Positions 31,521-42,075 are shown, numbered from the stretch's first letter. The stretch is DNA of 64,000 bases from Candidatus Latescibacterota bacterium (GCA_965248435.1 OZ252100.1:5024001-5088000), one strand, 5' to 3'. Notes: generated from the letters alone by a model not told the origin. Translations and numbers: made by a program.

Positions 31521-32045
31521 TTGAAAATGTTCAACCCCTCAGTCCTCAATAAGTCCGTTCTGGTCCTCAACCAGAGTTATGAGCCCATCCAGGTGTGCAG
31601 TGTAAGGCGGGCCATCATTCTGGTCTTCCGGGGACGCGCGGAGGTCGTCGAGGAGCTCGACGTCTTTATCCGGTCTATCACCAATCGGTTCCCGGTCCCG
31701 AGCGTCGTGCGCCTCTGCCTCTATATACGAGTCCCGCAGAAGAAGCTCACGCTCTCCAAGCGGAATGTGCTTAAACGGGACGGTCATCAGTGCCACTATT
31801 GTGGGACGCGACGAGGGCGGATGACGGTCGATCACGTGATTCCGAGGACGCAGGGAGGGATGGACTCCTGGGACAACCTGGTCTGCGCTTGCCTCGAGTG
31901 CAACAATCTGAAGGGCGATCGATCCCCGGAGCAGGCGGGTCTTGCGCTGCTGCGAAAACCCCGCTTGCCAACGAACATTACGTTCATTCGCCATTTTATC
32001 GGCGTGCCTGATCAGCGCTGGAGACAATATCTGTTTCTGGATTAG
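31521..32045 (+). CDS. HNH endonuclease
   Basis: VLVLNQSYEP, CHYC, TVDHVIPR..GG, CLECNNLK. Confidence 0.9.
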   Translation: MKMFNPSVLNKSVLVLNQSYEPIQVCSVRRAIILVFRGRAEVVEELDVFIRSITNRFPVPSVVRLCLYIRVPQKKLTLSKRNVLKRDGHQCHYCGTRRGRMTVDHVIPRTQGGMDSWDNLVCACLECNNLKGDRSPEQAGLALLRKPRLPTNITFIRHFIGVPDQRWRQYLFLD

Positions 32046-32153
32046 GACTTCGCCAAACGCGTCGCAAACACGGGTACCGGGGTTCAGGTACCGGGTACCG
32101 TAGAACGATCGAATTTCCATTTCCGAAATCCGCAATTTCGTAAAGGGCTTTGA

Positions 32154-32915
32154 ATGAATTTCCAGATCGATTCCGGTTCAAAGACCTACGGCGTCAAGCT
32201 GGAGATCTTCCAGGGACCGCTGGACCTGCTTCTGTTCCTGATTCAGAAGGACGAGATCGACATCTATGACATCCCCGTTGCCGAGATTACCAAGCAGTTC
32301 CTGGAGTATGTGGAGGTGATGCAGGCCCTGGATCTGGAACAGGCCGGGGACTTTGTGTTGATGGCGGCCACCCTGATGAAGATCAAGTCCAGAATGCTGC
32401 TGCCCTCAGATCCGGATGATGAGGAGTCGCTCGAGGATCCGAGAGAGGAGCTCATCAGGCGCCTCCTCGAGTACAGACAGTTCAAAGAAGTGGCCAATTG
32501 GATGGGCGAGGCGCAGGACTCCTGGCGCAATGCCTACTATCGAGGCTCCTCATTGATGCAGGAGGAACCGGAACCTGTCTCAGAAGAAGCGAGCTATGAG
32601 GCCTATCGGTCGGTCAGTCTGTTCGACCTCCTCAAGGCCTATAAACTTGCGCTCGATACCGCGCCGACCGAGAGCACGCACGACGTCAGGGGTGTGGATG
32701 TAACGACCGAGGAGCGCGCGCAGGTCGTCCTGGAGGCGCTGGCCGATGCGGGACGCGTGGCTTTTTCGGACCTGATCTCGGGTATTCCGCGAATCGTGAT
32801 GATCGTAACCTTCATTGCTATCCTCGAGCTGATCAAGGCCGGAAAGATCCGGGTCCTTCAAGCAGCACAGGAAGGAGATATCTGGGTATACGGCCAGGAA
32901 GGGACTCCGGTATGA
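32154..32915 (+). CDS. scpA: Segregation and condensation protein A
   Basis: FQGPLDLLLFLI, TFIAILEL. Confidence 0.93.
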   Translation: MNFQIDSGSKTYGVKLEIFQGPLDLLLFLIQKDEIDIYDIPVAEITKQFLEYVEVMQALDLEQAGDFVLMAATLMKIKSRMLLPSDPDDEESLEDPREELIRRLLEYRQFKEVANWMGEAQDSWRNAYYRGSSLMQEEPEPVSEEASYEAYRSVSLFDLLKAYKLALDTAPTESTHDVRGVDVTTEERAQVVLEALADAGRVAFSDLISGIPRIVMIVTFIAILELIKAGKIRVLQAAQEGDIWVYGQEGTPV

Positions 32916-33616
32916 CACCAGACTGTCCAGACGTGCAAGAGGGAAAGGTAGACGAACTGACGCCGGATGAAGAAGCGCAGAACAGGGCCATTCTCGAGGC
33001 CCTGTTGATCGCCTCTGATGAGGTGATTGGCGTCGGAAAGTTGACCTCTGTGATCCAGGGCGCGGGACCGCGGGAGATCAGGAAATATGTCGAGGACCTG
33101 AATGAGGACTACCTGAGGGGCGGTCGAAGCTTCAAGATCATCGATGTGGCGGGCGGCTTTCAGTTCATGGTCCACCCGGACTTCGCACCGTGGGTACGTC
33201 GCCTGTTTCGGGAAAAGGCCCCGTCCAGGTTTTCCCAGGCCTCTCTGGAAACCCTCGCGATCGTGGCTTTCAAGCAGCCGGTGACGAAGGCAGAAGTCGA
33301 ACACGTCCGCGGCGTCGCGGCGGATGGCGTGCTGCGCCTGCTTCTGGAGAAAGGGTTCCTCCGAATCGCGGGCCGTGCGGAAGGGGTTGGGCGGCCTCTG
33401 CTCTACGGGACAACTCGGGGGTTTCTAAAACATTTCGGCCTGAAGACGCTGTCCGATCTGCCCAAGCTGACAGAACTCGAAGAACTGTTGAAGGAGGCAG
33501 AACCAGAATTAGAACCAGAACCAGAACCAGAGGCAGAGGCAGTCGAGGCCCCCGTATCGTTGGAAGATGCCGGGGTGGGCGAGGTGCCGGATCGGCCGGA
33601 GGAAGTATCGATATGA
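32912..33616 (+). CDS. scpB: Segregation and condensation protein B
   Basis: LETLAIVAFKQPVT, GRPLLYGTT; acidic EPEPE tail. Confidence 0.93.
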   Translation: MTPDCPDVQEGKVDELTPDEEAQNRAILEALLIASDEVIGVGKLTSVIQGAGPREIRKYVEDLNEDYLRGGRSFKIIDVAGGFQFMVHPDFAPWVRRLFREKAPSRFSQASLETLAIVAFKQPVTKAEVEHVRGVAADGVLRLLLEKGFLRIAGRAEGVGRPLLYGTTRGFLKHFGLKTLSDLPKLTELEELLKEAEPELEPEPEPEAEAVEAPVSLEDAGVGEVPDRPEEVSI

Positions 33617-33642
33617 AACGGCCTCAGGCCTGAATCGACCGG

Positions 33643-35112
33643 ATGGAGCGCTTGAACCGATTCTTGGCTCGGTCTGGAATCGCGTCTCGTCGCGCCAGCG
33701 ACCGGTTGATCCTGGCGGGCAGGGTCCAGGTGAACGGGCTACCGGTTGTTCTCCCGGGAACCCGGATCGATCCTTCCAGGGATCGGGTCGTCTTTGAGGG
33801 CAGGCAGGTCGAGCCTCCTGATGCCTTCACCACCATCGTCCTCAACAAGCCCGCCGGATACCTCGTTTCATCCCAAGATCCGCATCATACCAGAACGGTT
33901 TTTGATCTGCTGCAAGGCCTCCCGAGGCTGTTTTCCGTGGGAAGGTTGGACCTGGATACGGAGGGTGTTCTGCTGCTGACCGATGATGGGGAGCTGGGTC
34001 ATCGGTTGTCCCATCCCCGATACGGCGTCACGAAAACCTATCGTGTCACGGTAGAGGACCTCCCTTCAGACGGTGCGCTCACGAGACTTCGCGAAGGCGT
34101 GACGCTCGAAGATGGAGTCACGGCTCCCTCTGAGGTTCAGATGATCGAGCCGGAGGGAGGAAGGGCCGTTCTGACGATGACGTTGAAAGAGGGCCGGAAC
34201 CGGCAGGTGAAGCGGATGTGCAGGGCGGTCGGCCACCCGGTCCAGAGATTAGAGCGCATTTCCTTCGGCGGAATCACATCGGATGGGCTGAAGGTTGGGG
34301 ATTGGCGGCATCTTTCGGCATCTGAGGTCGACCTGCTTAAAGAACGGGTGGGGCTGCACCCCGGCGCAGCCGGAGGACAACCGGTGAGGAAGCGGGGAAT
34401 CGTCATTGCGATCGATGGGCCCGCCGGGTCGGGAAAGAGCACAACGGCTCGGGAGGTTGCCCGTCGTCTAGACTATTTGTATCTCGACACCGGTGCGATG
34501 TATCGTGCGCTCGGTCTTGCGTTGATTCGTTCGGGCACCAGCCCTGACGACCCTGAGGCCAGTGTCCGAATAGCCCGGGAGGTCCGGATCGAATTTCGGC
34601 ACGACCTCGAGGGTCAGCTCACGTTACTGGACGGGGATGACGTGACGGAAGCGATTCGGGCCCCGGAGGTCTCGGACGCGGCGTCCCGAGTGGCCGTACA
34701 TCCCTCCGTTCGAGAACACCTCGTTGCCCGGCAGCAGGAAATCGGCGGCGACGGGGGGATCGTTCTGGAGGGCAGGGACACAGGCACCGTGGTCTTCTCC
34801 GACGCAGAGCTCAAGGTCTTTTTGGTCGCGGACGAGGTCGTGAGGGCGGAGCGGCGTGCGGAGGAATTGGCCGCTCGGGGTGAGGCAAAGGACCTTTCCG
34901 CCCTGATCGAGCAGAATCGCCTCCGGGATGCGCGGGATGAGGCGACGCAGAGCCGGTCGGGGAAATGGCCGGCGCCTGATGCGCTAAGGGTGGATACATC
35001 GGATCTTTCGATCGAAGCGCAGGTGGATCGGGTGGTCAGCCTGGCCGTCGATCGGGGGGCGCAGCTGCCCGAAAACAGGAATGAGTCAATCGAGGATTCA
35101 AAGGAGTTATGA
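33643..35112 (+). CDS. Pseudouridine synthase (RluB-like) fused to cytidylate kinase
   Basis: S4 domain, GRLD, EGRNRQVK, then IAIDGPAGSGKST and EGRD in one frame. Confidence 0.9.
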   Translation: MERLNRFLARSGIASRRASDRLILAGRVQVNGLPVVLPGTRIDPSRDRVVFEGRQVEPPDAFTTIVLNKPAGYLVSSQDPHHTRTVFDLLQGLPRLFSVGRLDLDTEGVLLLTDDGELGHRLSHPRYGVTKTYRVTVEDLPSDGALTRLREGVTLEDGVTAPSEVQMIEPEGGRAVLTMTLKEGRNRQVKRMCRAVGHPVQRLERISFGGITSDGLKVGDWRHLSASEVDLLKERVGLHPGAAGGQPVRKRGIVIAIDGPAGSGKSTTAREVARRLDYLYLDTGAMYRALGLALIRSGTSPDDPEASVRIAREVRIEFRHDLEGQLTLLDGDDVTEAIRAPEVSDAASRVAVHPSVREHLVARQQEIGGDGGIVLEGRDTGTVVFSDAELKVFLVADEVVRAERRAEELAARGEAKDLSALIEQNRLRDARDEATQSRSGKWPAPDALRVDTSDLSIEAQVDRVVSLAVDRGAQLPENRNESIEDSKEL

Positions 35113-35717
35113 GCTTTTATCGAGGCTGTTGGTGGATCGCCTACGGCCTCTTCCGCCTTTTATTCCGCCTTCGTGTCCAGGGGGTTGAGCACATTCCAGC
35201 CGAAGGCGGATTGATCGTCGCGAGCAACCATTGCTCCTACGTAGACCCTCTGCTGATCGGGGTTGCGACGTTTCGGGAACTTTCGTATGTTACGAAGCGT
35301 GAAGTTTTCGGGGTGCCCCTTGTGGGATGGCTCCTTCGGAATCTGAACGCGATTCCGATCGACCGTTCACGGGGTGATCGGTCCGCGCTGATCGCGGCCG
35401 AAGACCGGCTGAAGGCGGGAGGGGGACTGTTTCTCTTCCCGGAGGGGACCCGGAACAAGACCGGTCGCTTCCTCGATCCCAAGCCGGGTATCGGCAGAAT
35501 GGCAAGCCGCGCATCCGTGCCGATCGTGCCCGCCTATGTTTCCGGGACTGTGAATGTTTGGACGAGTCTGATCGGGCTCAGTGAAGTCTTCGTGCGGTTC
35601 GGTGAACCGATTCGGCACCGGTTCTGTGAGGACGAAAAGAACCGGAGGGAGACCTATCGGACCATCAGCCGTGAAGTGATGTGCAGGATCGTAGCCCTGA
35701 AAGCGCTTCGGCGGTAA
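35109..35717 (+). CDS. plsC: 1-acylglycerol-3-phosphate acyltransferase
   Basis: NHCSYVD, FPEGTR. Confidence 0.9.
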   Translation: MSFYRGCWWIAYGLFRLLFRLRVQGVEHIPAEGGLIVASNHCSYVDPLLIGVATFRELSYVTKREVFGVPLVGWLLRNLNAIPIDRSRGDRSALIAAEDRLKAGGGLFLFPEGTRNKTGRFLDPKPGIGRMASRASVPIVPAYVSGTVNVWTSLIGLSEVFVRFGEPIRHRFCEDEKNRRETYRTISREVMCRIVALKALRR

Positions 35718-35798
35718 GGTTGGAAGTCGAGCGTTTCAGGACTGTAGGTGTTTCGCTGTTGGCCAACCGTGGTTTCGCAAGACGGAGGAAGCGTCTGT

Positions 35799-38138
35799 AT
35801 GTCTGATACACAAGAAAGGGAGAGCCTGGAACTGGAGCCGGAAGGGGATCAAGCCCCTGAGGCGGTTCGTACGCGCTCCGAAGATGCCCTAAAGGCACTT
35901 GACGAAAGCGAGTACTCAGACGAAGAGTTCGAAGAGATGATGGGTCTCTACGAAGACACGCTGCAAAACATCAAGGAAGGCGAAATCGTCAACGGAACCG
36001 TCCTCGCCATCGACGAAAACGGTGTTGTCGTGGATATCGGATTCAAGTCAGAGGGTTCGATTCCCGTGTCTGAGTTCACCGACCCTTCGGAAATCGAGGT
36101 CGGCCAGGAGATCGAGGTCTACCTGGAGACCGTCGAAGATAACGAAGGCCAGATCGTCCTGTCCAAGCAGAAGGCCGATTTCATGCGGGTCTGGGATCGG
36201 ATCAAGGAGGCCTACGATAACGATCAGATCATAGAGGGGCGTCTGGTGCGCCGAATCAAGGGCGGGATCGTCGTCGACTTGTTCGGCGTGGACGCTTTTC
36301 TTCCCGGCTCCCAGATCGATATCAAACAGGTCAAAAACTTCGACCAGTTCATCAACGAGGTTTTTCCGTTCCGCATCATCAAACTGAACAAGGCCAGGCG
36401 GAACATCGTCGTATCCCGACGCGTGGTTCTTGAAGAGGAGCGGGCACGGCTCCGCAAGCAAATTCTCGAAACGCTGGAGGTCGGGCAGATTCGAGAGGGA
36501 GTCGTCAAGAATATCACTGACTTTGGAGCGTTCATCGACCTGGGCGGCCTGGACGGCTTGCTCCACATCACGGATATCTCCTGGGGACGCGTCGGGCATC
36601 CTTCCGAGGCCCTGGGCATCGGAGACCAGTTGCAGGTGAAGGTCCTGAATTACGACGAGGAGAGAGAGCGCATCTCCCTGGGGATGAAGCAGCTCACACC
36701 GCATCCCTGGGAAGAAATCGACGAAAAGTACGTGGTAGACACACGCGTCATGGGCCGGGTCGTCAGCATCACGGACTACGGCGCCTTTGTGGAACTGGAA
36801 CGCGGGGTTGAGGGGCTTGTTCATATATCTGAAATGTCCTGGACCCAGCATATCCGGCATCCTTCAAAAATCCTGACGATCGACGATGAGGTCGAGGTCC
36901 TTATCCTCAACGTGGACAAGGAAGGCCAGAAGATCTCACTCGGTTTGAAGCAGGTGACGCCCGATCCCTGGCTGACGCTGGATGAAAAATACCCGCCCGG
37001 GAAGAGGATGAACGGCAGGGTGCGAAATCTAGTGAATTTCGGCGCATTCGTGGAGATCGAGGAGGGCATCGACGGTCTCGTTCACATTTCAGACATGTCG
37101 TGGACGAAGCGTATCCGGCACCCCAGCGAGATCGTCCAGAAGGCCGATGAAGTAGAGGTTGTCGTCCTCAGCGTCGACAAGAGTCGCAGACGCATATCCC
37201 TCGGCCTTAAACAGACCCTCGAGAATCCGTGGGCGGAACTCGCGGTTCGCTACGCCGTGGGCCAACAGACGCACGGCAAAATCACGAGGCTTCTCGAGCG
37301 CGGCGTCGTCGTCGATCTGGAAGGGGATGTGGAGGGATTCGTACCCGTGTCACAGGTCGGCATTCCCGACCTGAAGCATCCCCAGAGTCATTTCTCCGAA
37401 GGGGACGACCTGCCGATGAAGGTCGTGGAATTCGACGAAGAGCAGAGGAAGATCGTCCTGAGTGTTCGGGAGTATCTACGCGATGCCGAGCAGGCAGAAG
37501 TGAATGAATACATCGAAAGTCACAAGGCGCGCCCGGTGACCGTCCAGGAGTTCGTGGCCGAGGATGCGGAAGGCGATGCCTGGGGGGGTGTGGGAACATC
37601 CGCGCCCGATGCTGGGACCGGGGGTGACGTCGCTGAGGAAGGAACCACTGAGGTCGAAGTCGCGGTCGGTGATGAGGCAGATCAGGAAAGCGACGTCGTC
37701 TCCGCCGAACCGTCTGCCGAGGACGCAGGAGACACCGAGGGTCCGCAGGCCGCCGATGAATCCGCATCAGACGTGTTCGCTGAGGAAGGAAGCGCCGGGG
37801 TCGACGTCGCGGTCGGTGATGAGGCAGATCAGGCGAGCGATGCAGTCTCTGATGAAACGTCCGCCGGTCCCGAGGCTTTGGCACCCGCCGTGTCCGATGA
37901 AGTGGCGGTCGGCGATGAGGCCGATCAGGCGAGCGATGCAGTCTCTGATGAAACGTCCGCAGGTCCCGAGGCTTTGGCGCCCACCGTGTCCGATGAAGTG
38001 GCGGTCGGCGGAACAGAGGAAGTGGCGGAGTCGTCTGAAACTTCTGAACCTGACGCCGCGGAAGAGGAATTCAAATCGGATGATGAGGGGGAAGAGAACG
38101 GACCCGCGGCCGAGAGGGAGGATGAACCTCAGGCGTGA
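35799..38138 (+). CDS. rpsA: 30S ribosomal protein S1 with long acidic C-terminal extension
   Basis: Six S1 domains (DIGFKSEG, AFLPGSQID, DGLLHITD) plus an Asp/Glu-rich tail. Confidence 0.96.
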   Translation: MSDTQERESLELEPEGDQAPEAVRTRSEDALKALDESEYSDEEFEEMMGLYEDTLQNIKEGEIVNGTVLAIDENGVVVDIGFKSEGSIPVSEFTDPSEIEVGQEIEVYLETVEDNEGQIVLSKQKADFMRVWDRIKEAYDNDQIIEGRLVRRIKGGIVVDLFGVDAFLPGSQIDIKQVKNFDQFINEVFPFRIIKLNKARRNIVVSRRVVLEEERARLRKQILETLEVGQIREGVVKNITDFGAFIDLGGLDGLLHITDISWGRVGHPSEALGIGDQLQVKVLNYDEERERISLGMKQLTPHPWEEIDEKYVVDTRVMGRVVSITDYGAFVELERGVEGLVHISEMSWTQHIRHPSKILTIDDEVEVLILNVDKEGQKISLGLKQVTPDPWLTLDEKYPPGKRMNGRVRNLVNFGAFVEIEEGIDGLVHISDMSWTKRIRHPSEIVQKADEVEVVVLSVDKSRRRISLGLKQTLENPWAELAVRYAVGQQTHGKITRLLERGVVVDLEGDVEGFVPVSQVGIPDLKHPQSHFSEGDDLPMKVVEFDEEQRKIVLSVREYLRDAEQAEVNEYIESHKARPVTVQEFVAEDAEGDAWGGVGTSAPDAGTGGDVAEEGTTEVEVAVGDEADQESDVVSAEPSAEDAGDTEGPQAADESASDVFAEEGSAGVDVAVGDEADQASDAVSDETSAGPEALAPAVSDEVAVGDEADQASDAVSDETSAGPEALAPTVSDEVAVGGTEEVAESSETSEPDAAEEEFKSDDEGEENGPAAEREDEPQA

Positions 38139-38210
38139 TGTGTCCGGGGGAGTGTGTGTCCTGTTTCTTCAAAGAGTTGAGGAAAACTTCCTCAGCTCTT
38201 TGTCGTATCT

Positions 38211-39524
38211 ATGCTGAAAGATTATATGCACAACAAGCGGGTTTCATTCTACACGTTGGGGTGTAAGCTCAACGCATACGATACGGAATGGTACCGACAG
38301 CAGTTCGAGGGGTCGGGCTATCGCGTCGTCGCGTTCGGTGAGCCGGCTGACGTCACGGTCGTGAATACGTGCACAGTTACAGGCGCGGCTGACGCGCAAG
38401 CGCGCCAGGCGCTTCGCAGGGCGCACCGGAACTCTCCCGAGGGGACGGTCGTTGCCGTGGGGTGCTACGCGCAGACCGATCCAGACACGCTCGCCGACAT
38501 GCCTGAAGTCGACCTGGTCGTGGGGACGAGGGAGAAGACACAGTTGCTCGACCTGATCAACGACACCTGTTCGATCGGCCGAAGTTTCGTCACGCGCAGC
38601 AGGGCCTCCGAGTTTCAGGATATGGACATCTCCAACTTCGGGACTCGGGCGCGCGCCTTCGTCAAGATCCAGGAGGGGTGCAACGAGTTCTGCAGCTTCT
38701 GCATCATTCCTTTCGCGCGAGGACGCAGCAGGAGCCGCACCCTGGAAAGCACGGTCAATCAGGTGCAGCGTCTCGCGGCCGAAGGCTACCAGGAGGTGGT
38801 CCTCACCGGCGTGCATATCGGAGACTATGCCGATGGGGAGGGCGGGGGGCTTCTGGAGGTCCTGGAGGCGCTTGAAGGCCTGGATGGCCTCCGGCGATTC
38901 CGGGTCAGCTCGATCGAAGCGTCCTACGTCACGGATGCGATGATCGATTTTTTCGCGGCATCAGAGAAGTTCTGCCGTCACCTGCACGTCCCGCTCCAGA
39001 GCGGGGATGATCGAATCTTGAAGGCGATGCGGAGGCCCTATTGCCGTGCCGAATATCTGGACCTGGTCGGCCGCCTGCAGGACCGCATTCCGGGCATCGG
39101 CATCGGTGGCGACGTGATGGTCGGGTTCCCCGGAGAGACGGAGGCGGCGTTCCAGAACACTTATGACTTGATCTCGCAAAGCCCGATGGTCTACCTGCAC
39201 GTCTTCCCCTATTCACCGAGGGGGAACACGCCTGCCGCGAGGATGGCCGATCAGGTCGACCCAAAGGTGAAGAAGGAACGCGCTGGAGCCCTTCGCGAGC
39301 TCGGCGAGCAGAAGGCGCTTGCCTTTCGGTCTCAATTTGTAGGAGAGCAACTGGAAGTCCTGTTCGAAAACCGGAGGGAGCCCGCCACGGGATTCCTTCA
39401 GGGGGTGTCCGACAACTACATTCGATGTTTTGCCCCCGGACCCGATTCCGCGATAGATCAGATCCGTCAGGTCCGTCTGAATCAGGAGGAAGACGGCCGG
39501 ATGGTGGGTGAGATCGTCGACTAG
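38211..39524 (+). CDS. mtaB: tRNA t6A37 methylthiotransferase
   Basis: TLGCKLN, NTCTVT, GCNEFCSFCIIPFARG, HVFPYS. Confidence 0.9.
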   Translation: MLKDYMHNKRVSFYTLGCKLNAYDTEWYRQQFEGSGYRVVAFGEPADVTVVNTCTVTGAADAQARQALRRAHRNSPEGTVVAVGCYAQTDPDTLADMPEVDLVVGTREKTQLLDLINDTCSIGRSFVTRSRASEFQDMDISNFGTRARAFVKIQEGCNEFCSFCIIPFARGRSRSRTLESTVNQVQRLAAEGYQEVVLTGVHIGDYADGEGGGLLEVLEALEGLDGLRRFRVSSIEASYVTDAMIDFFAASEKFCRHLHVPLQSGDDRILKAMRRPYCRAEYLDLVGRLQDRIPGIGIGGDVMVGFPGETEAAFQNTYDLISQSPMVYLHVFPYSPRGNTPAARMADQVDPKVKKERAGALRELGEQKALAFRSQFVGEQLEVLFENRREPATGFLQGVSDNYIRCFAPGPDSAIDQIRQVRLNQEEDGRMVGEIVD

Positions 39525-40497
39525 GACGAGGCCTTTGTCCGCACTTCTTATCACTGGCGGGGCCGGATTTATCGGTTCGCACCTGACGGAAAGGCTGCTG
39601 AGCCGGGGGGACCGGGTCGTCGTCGTAGACGATTTCAACGACCATTACCTGCCCGCGCTCAAGCGTCACAATCTTTCCGACGTTCTGGACGATCCCAACT
39701 TCACGCTCGTTGAGTGCGATATCCGCGACGCCGGCGCGATCACCCAGGTGCTGAACGGACACGACGTCTCGCGCGTCGTCCACCTGGCTGCCTACGCGGG
39801 GGTCCGCGCGTCGATCGAGCAGCCCCTGCTCTACGAAGAAGTGAACGTGCGCGGCACGCTCAACGTCCTCGAGGCGTGCCGCGAGGCCGATATCGAGAAC
39901 CTTCTGGTGGCCTCCTCTTCTTCGGTCTACGGCGCGAGTTCGCGGCTTCCTTATCGCGAGGACGACCCAGCGGACCGCCCGATCTCCCCGTATGCGGCGA
40001 CCAAGCGGAGCGCCGAGCTGCTCTGCCATACCTACCACCACCTCTACGACATCCCGATCACCTGCGTCCGTTTTTTTACAGTCTACGGTCCGAGACAGCG
40101 TCCGGACATGGCCTTCCACACCTTCGCGCGGAACATCACCGAGGGGAACCCTATCAAGGCGTTCGGGGACGGGAGCACACGAAGGGACTACACCTTTGTT
40201 TCGGATATCGTGGATGGGCTTACAGCTGCGGTGGATCGCCCACAGCCGTTCGAAACAGTCAACTTCGGGAATACGAAGACGGTGGAGCTGCGCCGCGTTC
40301 TGGAGATCTTTCAGGAGCTGTTCGAAGGGGTGCAGATCGAGTACGCCTCCGAGCAGCCCGGTGACGTGAAGGTGACACACTCCGACGTCTCAAAGGCAAG
40401 AAAGCTTTTCGGATATGAGCCGAAGGTGGACGTGGAGGAGGGGATTGCCCGATTTCACGAGTGGTTTATGCGGCTCAAAGAAGAGGGGATTCTTTAG
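39508..40497 (+). CDS. NAD-dependent epimerase/dehydratase, UDP-glucuronate 4-epimerase-like
   Basis: TGGAGFIG, HLAAYAGVRAS, YAATK, RFFTVYGPRQRPDMA; start uncertain. Confidence 0.9.
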   Translation: MRSSTRTRPLSALLITGGAGFIGSHLTERLLSRGDRVVVVDDFNDHYLPALKRHNLSDVLDDPNFTLVECDIRDAGAITQVLNGHDVSRVVHLAAYAGVRASIEQPLLYEEVNVRGTLNVLEACREADIENLLVASSSSVYGASSRLPYREDDPADRPISPYAATKRSAELLCHTYHHLYDIPITCVRFFTVYGPRQRPDMAFHTFARNITEGNPIKAFGDGSTRRDYTFVSDIVDGLTAAVDRPQPFETVNFGNTKTVELRRVLEIFQELFEGVQIEYASEQPGDVKVTHSDVSKARKLFGYEPKVDVEEGIARFHEWFMRLKEEGIL

Positions 40498-40527
40498 AGA
40501 CTGGTCGAATTTTAAGGAGGGAAAGTG

Positions 40528-40562
40528 AAAGGCAGGAGGTTGTTCAACCTCCTGCCTTTTCT
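40528..40562. terminator. Bidirectional intrinsic terminator
   Basis: AAAGGCAGGAGGTTG-TT-CAACCTCCTGCCTTTT. Confidence 0.8.
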
Positions 40563-40972
40563 TCATTATTCCGAACTCAAAAGCGTTGAACGCCACTTCA
40601 GGTAATCATCCATGGCGAACTCCACAAATAATCCCGGGGTGGTAAGCAGATTGTCAACCAGCTCGTTCTGCACAGGCTGATCCTTCGCCAGGTGGTGTTG
40701 GTAATAGCCCGACGTTTTCAGGAAACAGCGACCGTTTCGTGTCCTCAAGTTGTGTGGTCACGTCGAAACTGATCATGGTCCAAGTCCAGTGGCTAGACAT
40801 ATTAGCCGAAGACCACCAGAGAAGGGCATTCTAACTATCCTCCCCACCTATGGAATCGATTCGCTTCACCACGAACACGAAACGAACCTTAAATGCCAGC
40901 AGTGCAGACGCAGAATTTGTCAGTCCTGTCTGCTCACTCAGATGCTTCATCAGGGCCCTCCAAAAGACCGAT

Positions 40973-41521
40973 CTAGAACCTCAATGACGCGGTCAGCGCC
41001 AGAGCACCATCCTGACGGGGCAAGACGCCCACTCGTATACGCTCCAAAGGTACGGATTCCCAAATATCGCTTTCCATGCTTGCACCAATTGCAGTGCCGA
41101 ATACCAGGCCAATGCCGCCCAATACACCCCCCAAAATCAGGGCCTTATCTTGGGCAGTGAAGAGGCCCGATTCATCATCATCACCACCGGCAAACCCTAT
41201 GATTGCGCCAACAGCCCCACCTGAAACGAGCCCGAAAAGGGCACCGTTTGCTAGATTCCCCTTCGATCCGGTGCGCACGTCGAGTCTTTCAAGCGAAGCA
41301 ATGGGAATGGCCAAGAGAGCAGCGTCCTTCTTCGCCCTGAACTGGATCGTATCGCGGCTTACTGTTACAGCCGTTCCCACAAGCCGGTGCTTAGATACGG
41401 AACGCGCCATGATTCGCACACGTGCGCCGGGAGTAACAGGCAAAGACTCCTGTGCCAAAGAGGGCACCCAAAGGATGTGGATCAAAAAGGCACCCATCAG
41501 AACAGCATTCAGATGTTTCAT
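40973..41521 (-). CDS. Exported protein with glycine-zipper hairpin and C-terminal Phe
   Basis: Signal peptide, GxxxG-rich helices, ends ALALTASLRF; alternative start at 41572. Confidence 0.7.
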   Translation of the reverse strand: MKHLNAVLMGAFLIHILWVPSLAQESLPVTPGARVRIMARSVSKHRLVGTAVTVSRDTIQFRAKKDAALLAIPIASLERLDVRTGSKGNLANGALFGLVSGGAVGAIIGFAGGDDDESGLFTAQDKALILGGVLGGIGLVFGTAIGASMESDIWESVPLERIRVGVLPRQDGALALTASLRF

Positions 41522-41601
41522 CACGAACCCTCCACCTATGAGTTGGCCGCTACTAGAATTGCGCTTATCCATTTCACGGTTGACCCTCCGGATGATTGCG
41601 G

Positions 41602-42054
41602 CTAGACGCCGAGACGCGTAGCTACGAAGTTTATTGCTCGATTACTGGATCCAGCAAATGCCGCGGTTTCAGGATCGAACCTGTATCCCTCCCTGGTGGG
41701 TCTGACTTCTACGACCCCCTGGGGTGCGAAAAAGCTCACTCGGTACTCCCCGTTCACATTGGTCAAGGTGCGTCTTGTTTCCGCGACGGGATCGACGATT
41801 GTCATGGTTATGGCCACGTCAGGAACTCTCGTTTCAACAGAATTACGGTACTCGACCACAGTACCTGTGATCGCCCAATGTTGGCTTTCGGTGGAGTCAG
41901 AATGGGAACTATTTGGGCTTTCACAGCCACTCCCGCCCGTACTTCCACCGCCACCTGAACTTTTACTTTGAGTCTGGCAGTTTACGATCAGGAGCATTCC
42001 AAACAGGAAGGGAATCCCCAGTCTGAACGTGCGATTGAGCCTCGAGTTTGTCAT
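41602..42054 (-). CDS. Putative lipoprotein, paralog 3 (carboxypeptidase-regulatory-like beta domain)
   Basis: LIVNC lipobox-like, GGSGC, VEVRPTREGYRFDP, INFVA. Confidence 0.75.
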   Translation of the reverse strand: MTNSRLNRTFRLGIPFLFGMLLIVNCQTQSKSSGGGGSTGGSGCESPNSSHSDSTESQHWAITGTVVEYRNSVETRVPDVAITMTIVDPVAETRRTLTNVNGEYRVSFFAPQGVVEVRPTREGYRFDPETAAFAGSSNRAINFVATRLGV

Positions 42055-42075
42055 CTTTCAGTCCTCCCTGGAATG

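Noticed and set aside
31521-32045. HNH gene as a defence or homing nuclease
   Set aside because: Widespread stand-alone type in a housekeeping context, with no methylase, intron or guide nearby
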